Shown piece by piece: positions 10,487-19,098 of a stretch of 64,000 nt of DNA (position 1 is its first letter; every line of letters starts with the position of its first letter). A model generated the notes under the pieces. That model was given only the letters and a program-made list of their open reading frames with translations, had not been told where the DNA came from and did not search any database. Position numbers and translations under genes: made by a program. The stretch lies in the NCBI GenBank assembly GCA_029264955.1, contig JARHYC010000007.1, forward strand, positions 11,668-75,667, in the 5' to 3' direction. This DNA is from Faecalibacterium sp. (lineage in GTDB: Bacteria; Bacillota; Clostridia; Oscillospirales; Ruminococcaceae).

Positions 10487-10499
10487 GATAGAAAACGGA

Positions 10500-10646
10500 T
10501 TACTTATCAGCGTTCTCGCACTTCTGGTTAGCAACACCGCAGCTGGTCTTGCAAGCAGACTGGCAAGAAGTCTGGCACTCGCCGCAGCCGCCGTTCTTTG
10601 CGCTCTCGCACAGGTTACGGGTCTCAAGAGTCTTGATTCTTTCCAT
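10500..10646 (-). CDS. scfA: SCIFF (six-cysteines-in-forty-five) ranthipeptide precursor, 48 aa
   Basis: MERIKTL...GGCGECQTSCQSACKTSCGVANQKCE; start reassigned to 10646. Confidence 0.95.
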   Translation of the reverse strand: MERIKTLETRNLCESAKNGGCGECQTSCQSACKTSCGVANQKCENADK

Positions 10647-10907
10647 AATACAAATCTCCCATCTCGCCGCGTTGCACGGATTTTTGACAAATCCGGCAAT
10701 GCGAAAATTTAATTCACTGTTTAGAAATGCTAACATAAAATAGCAGAAAAGTCAAGCGTTTTCACCCCTGCAAGGCGAAAAGTATGGAATAAAGCGTTCC
10801 TATATATAAAGGAAAAAGAGCAAACTATACTAAGCAAAAGCAGCCATCTCCCTAAAAGGGAAACAGCTGCTCTTGCAATGGTATGAAAAAGTAAAAGGAA
10901 GGCAGAA

Positions 10908-12125
10908 TTAGAAGTCAACGTCCAGATCGTAGTAGCAGCACTTCAGCAGCTTCTCCATCTCCTCCTGAGAGGGCTGACGGGGGTTAGAGCCGGTGCAAGC
11001 ATCTGCGATGGCGTTCTTGGCGATATCAGGCAGGCGCTCCAGGAAGATATCTTCCGGAACGAAGCCCTGCTCGCAGGGATAAGAATCTGCACCGTAGTTC
11101 TTGATGCAGTGGGGGATATTCAGCTCGTCGTTCATGCCGCGAACGAACTTGATCAGCAGTTGGACCTTTTCGTCATCATTGCTGCCGCCCAGATTCATGT
11201 AATCGGCAATCACGCCGTAACGCTTCTTAGCGGTCTCGTCTTTAGCGTTGAACGCAATGACTTTAGGCAGGTACATTGCGTTTGCAGCACCGTGGATGAT
11301 GTGTGCGCCATAATCCTGGAAGATTGCGCCGGTCTTGTGAGCCATAGAATGGACAATACCCAGCAGAGCGTTAGAGAATGCCATACCAGCCAGACACTGT
11401 GCGTTGTGCATGCTGTCGCGCTTTTCCATGTCGCCGTTATAAGAACCGATCAGGTCGCGCTGAATCATCTTGATAGCGTGCAGCGCCAGAGCATCGGTGT
11501 AATCGCAGTTTGCGGTAGAAACGTAAGCTTCGATTGCGTGGGTCAGTGCGTCCATACCGGTGTGAGCAACCAGCTTCTTGGGCATGGTCTCAGCCAGATC
11601 GGGATCAACGATAGCGACGTCGGGAGTAATCTCGAAGTCGGCAATCGGGTACTTGATGCCATTCTTGTAGTCGGTGATGATGGAAAATGCGGTAACCTCG
11701 GTAGCAGTACCAGAGGTAGAAGGAATTGCAACGAAGTGTGCCTTCTGGCGCAGTTCAGGGATACCGAACACCTTGCACATCTCGGGGAAGGTGATCTCGG
11801 GGTACTCGTACTTAATCCACATAGCCTTAGCTGCATCGATGGGAGAACCGCCGCCCATAGCGACGATCCAATCAGGACCGAATTCCGTCATAGCAGCTGC
11901 GCCCTTCATAACGGTATCAACAGAGGGATCAGATTCGATACCCTCAAACAGCTGAACTTCCATGCCAGCTTGCTTCAGGTAATCCACAGCACGGTCCAAG
12001 AAGCCATTGCGCTTCATAGAACCGCCGCCAACACAGACGATTGCCTTTTTGCCTTTCAGATTTTTCAGCTCTTCCAGAGCGCCCTTGCCGTGGTATACGT
12101 CACGGGGGAGAGTAAATCTTGCCAT
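10908..12125 (-). CDS. Iron-containing alcohol dehydrogenase (NADPH-dependent butanol dehydrogenase type)
   Basis: GGGSPIDAAK, PSTSGTATEVT, GMDALTHAIEAY, HSMAHK and HGAANA. Confidence 0.92.
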   Translation of the reverse strand: MARFTLPRDVYHGKGALEELKNLKGKKAIVCVGGGSMKRNGFLDRAVDYLKQAGMEVQLFEGIESDPSVDTVMKGAAAMTEFGPDWIVAMGGGSPIDAAKAMWIKYEYPEITFPEMCKVFGIPELRQKAHFVAIPSTSGTATEVTAFSIITDYKNGIKYPIADFEITPDVAIVDPDLAETMPKKLVAHTGMDALTHAIEAYVSTANCDYTDALALHAIKMIQRDLIGSYNGDMEKRDSMHNAQCLAGMAFSNALLGIVHSMAHKTGAIFQDYGAHIIHGAANAMYLPKVIAFNAKDETAKKRYGVIADYMNLGGSNDDEKVQLLIKFVRGMNDELNIPHCIKNYGADSYPCEQGFVPEDIFLERLPDIAKNAIADACTGSNPRQPSQEEMEKLLKCCYYDLDVDF

Positions 12126-12220
12126 AATCTATATCCTCCAAACAATAAAATACAATCCAATTAGTTTGATAAAATGATAACGAACTCGGCGACACCCAAT
12201 ATACCACATAAAGAAAAGAA

Positions 12221-12238
12221 ATGTCAAGCATTTAACAA
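12221..12238 (-). promoter_or_regulatory. Rex-like operator overlapping the TTGACA -35 of the ADH promoter
   Basis: Minus strand TTGTTAA-ATGC-TTGACAT versus clostridial Rex consensus TTGTTAA-N4-TTAACAA. Confidence 0.6.
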
Positions 12239-12330
12239 AAAGAAAAATGACGAAAAAATCGTGATTTTTTCCTATATAAAAGGGAAGAAAAAAATCGTGT
12301 CAAAAAAATTAAAAAAAGTTGTATAAACTA

Positions 12331-12359
12331 TTGCATTGTTCAGAAAATGATGCTATAAT
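12331..12359 (+). promoter_or_regulatory. SigA promoter of tRNA-Asn
   Basis: TTGCAT-17 bp-TATAAT with extended TG and an A-rich UP region. Confidence 0.8.
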
Positions 12360-12384
12360 TCGTGGCGTAGTCCAGCGCAGATAT

Positions 12385-12461
12385 GCCTTTTTAGCTCAGT
12401 CGGTTAGAGCATCTGACTGTTAATCAGAGGGTCGCCTGTTCGAGTCAGGCAAAAGGCGCCA
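12385..12461 (+). tRNA. tRNA-Asn(GTT)
   Basis: Full cloverleaf: GCCTTTT/AAAAGGC acceptor, TCTGA-CTGTTAA-TCAGA anticodon arm, GTTCGA T-loop, G73, encoded CCA. Confidence 0.97.
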
Positions 12462-12462
12462 T

Positions 12463-12495
12463 AAAGCAGAACCGAGAGGTTCTGCTTTTTTTTTC
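12463..12495 (+). terminator. Intrinsic terminator after tRNA-Asn
   Basis: AAAGCAGAACC / GGTTCTGCTTT plus T-tract. Confidence 0.85.
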
Positions 12496-12618
12496 AGATT
12501 TGGAAAAGGGATGGGCTTTTCTTTGCTGCGGCATTTTGCTGAAATCGGCAAAATACGGGGGCGCGAGGGTCTGTTCCGGGAAAATTCGGGACCAAGCGGG
12601 TCCGGAGGTGTGAAGAAA

Positions 12619-13947
12619 ATGAAGAAAAAGCTGAAACAACTTTCGTCAGCGCAAGTCATTATTATCGGATTTGCCGCTGTCATCTTGTTCGGCGCATTGC
12701 TGCTTACCTTGCCAATCGCAACACAAGATGGTCAGGGTGCGACTTTTGCGGATGGCTTGTTCACTGCGACATCGGCCGTATGTGTTACAGGTTTGATCGT
12801 AAGAGATACCGCAACCTACTGGTCGACCTTTGGTCAGATGATTATCCTGATGCTGATTCAGATCGGCGGTATGGGTGTTGTCACCATTGCGGTTGCGCTG
12901 GCTGTTTTGTCTGGCCGCAGAATTGGTTTGCGCCAGCGCAGCCTGATGCAGGAGTCGATTTCGGCGCCTAAAATGGGCGGTATCGTCCGACTGACCGGAT
13001 TTATCATCAGAATGACATTTATCTTTGAGTTGATTGGTGCCAGTATCATGGCACCGGTGTTCTGCAAAGAAATGGGTTTTTTGAAGGGTATCTGGTATAG
13101 CGTGTTCCATTCGATTTCAGCATTCTGCAATGCGGGCTTTGACCTGATGGGCACCAGACAACAGTATTCATCGCTGACGTATTACATTACAAACCCGGTA
13201 ATCAATATCGCCATCATGAGCCTGATCATTATCGGTGGTATTGGTTTTTCTACTTGGGAAGATTTTACAACCCATAAGCTGCACTTCAAACGATTCCGGA
13301 TGCAGAGCAAAATTATTCTGGTTGCAACGGCGTTACTGATCAGCTTGCCAACCGTTTATTTCTTCTTTTTTGAATTCGGCAGTATGCCGCTGGGCCAGCG
13401 AATTTGGGCATCCTTGTTCCAGGCGGTTACCCCCCGTACGGCAGGCTTTAATACCGCAGATTTGACTCTTTTGAGCGAAACTGGTGTATTTATCATGATT
13501 ATCCTGATGCTGGTTGGTGGTGCACCTGCATCTACCGCAGGCGGTATGAAAAACACAACGCTGGCAGTTATGCTGTCAACGGCAATGTCGGTATTCTCGC
13601 GTAAAGAACATACACAGTTTTTCGGCCGTCGTATCGATCACGAAACCGTCCGTACGGCAGGCACTATCGTAACGATGTACATTACGCTGTTTGTAACGGG
13701 TGGCTTGATTATCAGTAGCGTGGAAGGGCTGCCGCTGCTGACCTGCTTGTTTGAAACGGCTTCCGCCGTTGGTACAGTTGGCCTGACACTGGGTATTACA
13801 CCAGAGTTGAGCATGATCTCCAGAACGATTTTGATTATTCTGATGTATTTGGGTCGTGTAGGTGGTCTGACACTGATATTTGCAACATTGTCTGGAAATA
13901 AGAACGTAACGGCAAGATTGCCGCAGGAAAAACTGACTGTGGGTTAA
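12619..13947 (+). CDS. ktrB: TrkH/KtrB potassium uptake membrane subunit
   Basis: TATSAVCVTGL, SAFCNAGF, TPRTAGF and SAVGTVGL pore loops; start at 12619 after GGAGGTG. Confidence 0.92.
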   Translation: MKKKLKQLSSAQVIIIGFAAVILFGALLLTLPIATQDGQGATFADGLFTATSAVCVTGLIVRDTATYWSTFGQMIILMLIQIGGMGVVTIAVALAVLSGRRIGLRQRSLMQESISAPKMGGIVRLTGFIIRMTFIFELIGASIMAPVFCKEMGFLKGIWYSVFHSISAFCNAGFDLMGTRQQYSSLTYYITNPVINIAIMSLIIIGGIGFSTWEDFTTHKLHFKRFRMQSKIILVATALLISLPTVYFFFFEFGSMPLGQRIWASLFQAVTPRTAGFNTADLTLLSETGVFIMIILMLVGGAPASTAGGMKNTTLAVMLSTAMSVFSRKEHTQFFGRRIDHETVRTAGTIVTMYITLFVTGGLIISSVEGLPLLTCLFETASAVGTVGLTLGITPELSMISRTILIILMYLGRVGGLTLIFATLSGNKNVTARLPQEKLTVG

Positions 13948-13963
13948 TAAAAGGAGAAGAAAA

Positions 13964-14611
13964 ATGAAATCTATTTTGTTGATTGGTCTTGGCAGATTTG
14001 GCCGACACATTGCAATGAAGCTGTATGATATGGGACACGAAATTCTGGCGATTGACATTGACGAAGAGCGTGTCAACTCTGCACTGTCCTTTGTTACCAA
14101 CGCACAGATTGGTGACAGCACTAATGAGGACTTCTTGTCCTCTCTGGGTATCCGCAACTTCGATGTGTGTATCGTCACGATTGGTGATAACTTCCAGAAC
14201 TCTCTGGAAACTGCATCTCTGCTGAAAGAGTACGGCGCACGCAAAGTCATTGCGCGTGCAGCTACCGGTGTACAGGAGAAGTTCCTTCTGCGCAACGGTG
14301 CAGATGAGGTTGTCTATCCCGAAAAGCAGTTGGCAACTTGGACGGCAATTCGCTGCGCTTCTGATCACGTTTTGGATTACATTGAACTGGATCACGATTA
14401 CGCAATCTTTGAACTGGACATTCCTGAAAATTGGGTTGGCAAGACCGTTGTGGAGTTGGATATCCGCAAGAAGTATGGCATCAATATCCTGGGCATCAAA
14501 GAGAAGGGTAAGTGGGATATGAGCGTCAGCGCAGACACGGTTCTGGATGCGGAAAAGAGCATTCTGGTGCTGGGGCACGAAAAGGAAATTCAGCAGTATT
14601 TCCACATTTGA
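13964..14611 (+). CDS. ktrA: TrkA/KtrA RCK regulatory subunit
   Basis: IGLGRFG Rossmann motif, GADEVVYPE and TrkA-C domain. Confidence 0.92.
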   Translation: MKSILLIGLGRFGRHIAMKLYDMGHEILAIDIDEERVNSALSFVTNAQIGDSTNEDFLSSLGIRNFDVCIVTIGDNFQNSLETASLLKEYGARKVIARAATGVQEKFLLRNGADEVVYPEKQLATWTAIRCASDHVLDYIELDHDYAIFELDIPENWVGKTVVELDIRKKYGINILGIKEKGKWDMSVSADTVLDAEKSILVLGHEKEIQQYFHI

Positions 14612-14685
14612 GGCTTTGCATACCAGTGTACATGAGCCTGTAAAGAGAATACAAACACTGATAAACTAGGTGCTATACCCATTTT

Positions 14686-15110
14686 TGCAGTGCGCCAAAA
14701 AGTTAGATAATATTTTCAAATCAATACGATTCAAGAGAACGAAGGGGTTTGTTGTCTGTGGAAGACAGACGGCAAACCCCTTCGTTTTGCCTTGATGTGT
14801 TTGTTATGGGAATCTAAATGTGCAATCACTCTGCTTTGAAGTGCCCATAGACTTCAATTCTTGGACGAAGTGGGGTGTTTTTCGGCAGGCTGAAGAAGTT
14901 CTCAATGATAGCATTGTCCAAGCAGTTTCGCTTACGGCGCGTGCTCGGCCGGATACACTTGCTTGTGCGCAGTTGTCGGTGTTGTTTGTGCTGGTAATGC
15001 AATCCTTGGTTTGAGGAAAGAACTAAATTGTTTACGGGCGGTCTTTGTTCAAATGCCTCTCCCAGCATGGAAACAGTTTGCAAGGAAGTCTGTTTATAAG
15101 GTGTGGTGCA
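14686..15110 (-). mobile_element. Decayed IS3-family (IS150-like) element: 3' half of the transposase plus right terminal repeat
   Basis: LVLSSNQGLHYQ...RKRNCLDNAIIENFF (HSDQG..Y / GNCLDNA..ENFF-like), continuing with frameshifts to HFKAE..KAK..GLP..HRQQ; IR-like TGCAGTGCGCCAAAAAGTTAGATAAT at 14686-14711. Confidence 0.8.
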
Positions 15111-15134
15111 TATCTTTTCCGTGGGGGTGTAGCA

Positions 15135-16958
15135 ATGGAGTATCTGGTGCGCGCAGTAGTGGAACGTACCTTGCGAGACAGGGTACGGCTGCTATCCTGC
15201 CTTTTAGTTGTTGTGATTTTTGGCGGTCTGGTAATGCGCCTATATCATTTGCAGATTGTACAAGGACTTTGGTATGCGCAGCGTGCAGCAGGCCAGCAGT
15301 TGCGAGATACAGTAGTCCCGGCAGCAAGAGGTGAAATTTACAGTGCAGATGGTGCGTTGCTTGCAACCAGTGCAACGTGTTGGACCATTCGTGCATCACC
15401 GCGCGAAATCGCAGATGAAGATGTGGAAACGGCGGCAACAGGTTTGGCAGAAATTTTGGAATTGGACCCCGAAAAGGTAAGAAAAAAATTGAATGAGCGA
15501 AAATCCAATGATTGCTTGCTCCAATATCGTGTTGACAGGGAAACAGCGGATGCAGTACGTTCCTTTTGCAGTGAGCATCAAATTTCCGGTATTTTTATCA
15601 ATCAGGATACCAAACGGTATTATCCGCAAGGAGAAATTTTGGCTTCTGTGCTGGGCTTTACCAATGTGGACAATGCAGGAATGGCTGGGCTGGAGTTGGA
15701 ATATGACAGTACGCTGACGGGAGAAAAAGGAACTGTGCTGACAGCGGCGAATGCGTGGGGCTATACATTGGAACAAAGTTATGCAACCTTGCAGCCGCCG
15801 GTAGAAGGGAATAGTCTGATACTAACCATTGAACTGCCCATTCAGCGTACGTTGGAAAATGCACTCCGATATGCCGTAACGGAACATCATGTGGATCAGC
15901 GTGCAGTAGGAATCGTGATGGATGTGGATACAGGTGCGGTACTGGGAATGTGTACGACGCCGGCATTCGATCCAAACAAGCCCCGTGTGATTTATGACCC
16001 GGATATACGTGCACAAGTCGATGCGTTGACAGGCGAGGAGCGCAGCAAGGCATTACAGCTGGCGCAGCAAACCCAATGGCGAAACAAAGCGGTGAGTGAT
16101 TTGTATGAGCCAGGCAGTGTATTCAAACTGATTACCTGTGCAGCTGCATTGGATGCGGGAGTAGTGACACCGAATACCGGCTTTTTCTGCGGAAAATCTA
16201 TCAGTGTGGCGGGCACACACTTTCACTGTGCAAATTTCAAGCGGCATGGCGCACAGACTTTAACGCAGGCGCTCATGAACAGCTGCAATCAAAGTTTTAT
16301 TCAGGTAGGACAGCGACTGGGGAAAGAAGCGTTCTGTGATTATTTCGCAAATTTTGGTTTGTGCAGCGCAACTGGAATTGATTTGCCTGCTGAACCCAAG
16401 AAGAGTGAATATTATACAGCAGAGCGGATGGGGCCGGTAGAGCTTGCCAGCTGTTCCTTTGGGCAAAGCAGCAAAATCAGTTATATTCAAATGGCTACCG
16501 CAGTTTGTGCTGTGGTCAATGGAGGAAAGCTGATGAAGCCGTATGTGGTAAGTGAAATCTATGATGCGGATGGAAAACTGGTAAAAGAGGTGGAACCCAC
16601 GGTGGTGCGGCAGGTCATCAAGCCAGAAGCCAGCGCAGCTATGTGTGCAATGATGGAGCAGGTCGTAAAAGGAGGTACCGGACATAATGCGCAGGTGAAG
16701 GGGTATCGAATCGGTGGAAAAAGCGGAACCAGCCAAAAGCTGGACAGCGAAAATGAGAAAGCCCGTATTGCAAGCTTTGTTGCAGTTGCCCCGGCGGATC
16801 ATCCCAAATATTTGGTAATGATTTGTATTGATGAACCACACAGCTGGTCCAATGGCGGCGGCGCACTATCGGCGCCAGTATGCGGGCAGGTTCTGGAAGA
16901 AATCCTGACGCTAAAGGGCTATCCCAGAACAGAGCCCAGCGAAGAACCGGAGGCATAA
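15135..16958 (+). CDS. Class B penicillin-binding protein (SpoVD/FtsI-like)
   Basis: N-terminal TM, RGEIY, KRYYP, EPGSVFK (SxxK), SCN (SxN) and KSGT motifs; start 15135 because the upstream in-frame extension is IS remnant. Confidence 0.9.
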   Translation: MEYLVRAVVERTLRDRVRLLSCLLVVVIFGGLVMRLYHLQIVQGLWYAQRAAGQQLRDTVVPAARGEIYSADGALLATSATCWTIRASPREIADEDVETAATGLAEILELDPEKVRKKLNERKSNDCLLQYRVDRETADAVRSFCSEHQISGIFINQDTKRYYPQGEILASVLGFTNVDNAGMAGLELEYDSTLTGEKGTVLTAANAWGYTLEQSYATLQPPVEGNSLILTIELPIQRTLENALRYAVTEHHVDQRAVGIVMDVDTGAVLGMCTTPAFDPNKPRVIYDPDIRAQVDALTGEERSKALQLAQQTQWRNKAVSDLYEPGSVFKLITCAAALDAGVVTPNTGFFCGKSISVAGTHFHCANFKRHGAQTLTQALMNSCNQSFIQVGQRLGKEAFCDYFANFGLCSATGIDLPAEPKKSEYYTAERMGPVELASCSFGQSSKISYIQMATAVCAVVNGGKLMKPYVVSEIYDADGKLVKEVEPTVVRQVIKPEASAAMCAMMEQVVKGGTGHNAQVKGYRIGGKSGTSQKLDSENEKARIASFVAVAPADHPKYLVMICIDEPHSWSNGGGALSAPVCGQVLEEILTLKGYPRTEPSEEPEA

Positions 16959-16959
16959 G

Positions 16960-17063
16960 AAAAGCAGGAACGCAAATCGTTCCTGCTTTTTTGCTTGGTG
17001 GAGATTCCTAACAAAAGAAAACTTCCGTAGTTTCTCTTGTTGGAGAGAAACCACGGAAGTTTT
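16960..17063. terminator. Two tandem hairpins between the convergent PBP and rluA genes
   Basis: AAAAGCAGGAACG/CGTTCCTGCTTTT and AAAACTTCCGTAGTTTCTCT/AGAGAAACCACGGAAGTTTT. Confidence 0.75.
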
Positions 17064-17184
17064 ATGTTATGAAGCGAGATTCATTATATATGGAGTAAAG
17101 CGTTAGCGAAATGCTATACAGTTCATGAGCGCCTGCGGAGGCTATTGGTATATCAATTAAATGCAGTAAAAATGTTGTTGGAAA

Positions 17185-18183
17185 TTACGGAGTATTTTTA
17201 TCCAGTGCGGCAAACTGCTGCAAAATAGCCGGGTCCTTCAGTTTAATGACTTTGCCAGAAAGATAGTGTAGGGTGTTCTCTTTGGGAATATCCAAAAAGC
17301 TGACGCGTACTGCACACAGTGCTTGGGTTTTCGTACCGGTGCGTTCATTCATTTTACGATTGCCGTATTTAATGTCACCCAGAACAGGGCGACCCAGAAA
17401 AGCCAGATGCGCACGGATTTGATGGGTGCGCCCTGTAATCAGACCGATTTTGCACAGTGCGAACGGTCCGACAGCTTTCAGGACATCCACGTCCGTGATG
17501 ATTTTTTTATAATTGCCTGCGGCATCCTCATGTGCATGAATACGCACTTTGTTGAGCTTGTCGTCATGTTCCCACCAAGCGGTAAAGCGACCGGATTTGG
17601 GGATACCGACGGTGATGGTATAGTATTCTTTTTTAAGCAGATCCGTGCGGATGATCTCGTTCATGTCACGCAGCGCGGCGTAGTTTTTTGCAGCAATGAC
17701 CAATCCTTCAGTGCCGCGGTCCAGCCGGTTGCAGATTGCCGGATGAAAGCGATTTTCTCCGGCGGGGTCATATTCGCCCTTTTCGGTCAGATAGGCGGTA
17801 AAGGCGTCTACCAGATTTGCGTCACCGGTGCGATCACTGTGGCACAGCAGATGGGTGGGTTTGTACAGCACCGCAATGTTTTCGTCCTCATAAATGACCT
17901 GAACTTTCGGCTGGTGTGCGGCAGGCTTTTTCGCCTTGGTGGGAGCAGATTTTGCCGGAGCAGCAGGGAAGAATTCATCGATGATGTACAGCTCAATGAT
18001 GTCGCCCTCATTCAGTCGATCGTCAGGCTGGGCGCGTTTGCCGTTTACTTTGATGCGCTTGTTGCGGAAACTTTTATATAATAGACTGTTGGGCAGGTCC
18101 TTGGTTACGCTTTGTACAAAGCGGGAAAGGCGCACGCCTGCATCATTTGGACCGGCAGTAAATTGTTTCATAGCAGAGCTCAC
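17185..18183 (-). CDS. RluA-family pseudouridine synthase with S4 domain
   Basis: S4 domain, NRLDRGTEG catalytic motif, TGRTHQIRAH and GDIKYG; start at 18183 (GTG) or 18171 (ATG). Confidence 0.92.
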   Translation of the reverse strand: MSSAMKQFTAGPNDAGVRLSRFVQSVTKDLPNSLLYKSFRNKRIKVNGKRAQPDDRLNEGDIIELYIIDEFFPAAPAKSAPTKAKKPAAHQPKVQVIYEDENIAVLYKPTHLLCHSDRTGDANLVDAFTAYLTEKGEYDPAGENRFHPAICNRLDRGTEGLVIAAKNYAALRDMNEIIRTDLLKKEYYTITVGIPKSGRFTAWWEHDDKLNKVRIHAHEDAAGNYKKIITDVDVLKAVGPFALCKIGLITGRTHQIRAHLAFLGRPVLGDIKYGNRKMNERTGTKTQALCAVRVSFLDIPKENTLHYLSGKVIKLKDPAILQQFAALDKNTP

Positions 18184-18265
18184 TTTCTTTTACTTTTCAT
18201 ATGTTCCAAATTAGTATATAATAAATGCTGACCCGCGTAAAGTAAAATCAACAGGAGGTTTATCT

Positions 18266-18985
18266 GTGGACACGCAGCCCAAACAACCCAAACGCAAAAA
18301 GCCGGTTCACGAAGACCACCGAAGCCGTATGCGTGCCAAAGTCAAAGAGTACGGCTTGGCAAGTTTTGCAGAACATGAAGCACTGGAGTATGTGTTGTTC
18401 TTTGCAATACCAAGACAAAACACAAACCCTATTGCCCATGCGTTGCTGGACAGGTTCGGCAGTTTTGCAGATGTGCTGGAGGCAGACGAAAAAGAGCTTG
18501 TCACCGTACCCGGTGTTGGTCCGGCAACAGCGCATTTTTTACATACGCTTACCGAGATTGATCGGTATTATCTTACCAGCAGAAGCAAAGTGCGGCGCAG
18601 ACTTTCCAGTACAGTAGACATTGTCAATTACCTGGTGCCGCTGTTTCGCGGGGCAAAGCAGGAAAAGCTGCTTATGCTTGCTTTGGATGACAGACGACAG
18701 CTGCTGCGCACGATTTGGTTGGAAGAAGGCTCTGCCAGTGGTGTGGATATGAGTGTGCGCCGGATTGCGGCTGAGGCGGTGCGGGCTGGTGCAGCATATG
18801 TGGTGCTGGCACATAACCACCCGGACGGCAATGTTTTGCCCAGCAGGCAGGATCTGTTCAGTACGAATGAAGCGGCGCGTGCGCTGGCACTTTTGCAGGT
18901 TCGGCTGCTGGATCATATCATCCTGGCGGGGGATGAGACGCTTTCCTTAAATGAAACCGGCAGGATGCCGCCTGTGCGCTATTGA
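18266..18985 (+). CDS. radC: RadC/JAB-domain protein
   Basis: HRSRMR, EHEALE..L, VPGVG HhH, AHNHPDG and LLDHII; GGAGG RBS. Confidence 0.92.
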   Translation: MDTQPKQPKRKKPVHEDHRSRMRAKVKEYGLASFAEHEALEYVLFFAIPRQNTNPIAHALLDRFGSFADVLEADEKELVTVPGVGPATAHFLHTLTEIDRYYLTSRSKVRRRLSSTVDIVNYLVPLFRGAKQEKLLMLALDDRRQLLRTIWLEEGSASGVDMSVRRIAAEAVRAGAAYVVLAHNHPDGNVLPSRQDLFSTNEAARALALLQVRLLDHIILAGDETLSLNETGRMPPVRY

Positions 18986-18995
18986 AAAAATAGTG

Positions 18996-19024
18996 CTGAC
19001 AAGTAGCGCAAAACATGTTATACT
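18996..19024 (+). promoter_or_regulatory. SigA promoter of pncB
   Basis: CTGACA-17 bp-TATACT. Confidence 0.65.
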
Positions 19025-19040
19025 GACAGTTAAATGTGGG

Positions 19041-19092
19041 CTGTCAAGACAGGTGTCCGAAAGAATCTGTATACCATGACAGTAAAAGGAGA
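19041..19092 (+). ncRNA. Candidate NAD+-II-type (pnuC motif-like) riboswitch
   Basis: CTGTCA/TGACAG and GGTGT/ATACC stems enclosing CCGAAAG, ending in AAAAGGAGA SD, directly before pncB. Confidence 0.55.
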
Positions 19093-19098
19093 ATGATC

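Noticed and set aside
15045-15134. Longer N-terminus of the PBP in the ORF track
   Set aside because: It overlaps IS3 relic sequence on the other strand; an RBS-like GGGGGTG precedes ATG 15135
18190-18215. LexA/SOS box upstream of radC (TTTCATATGTTC); none found before uvrB
   Set aside because: Only the right half matches GAAC-N4-GTTC, which is too weak
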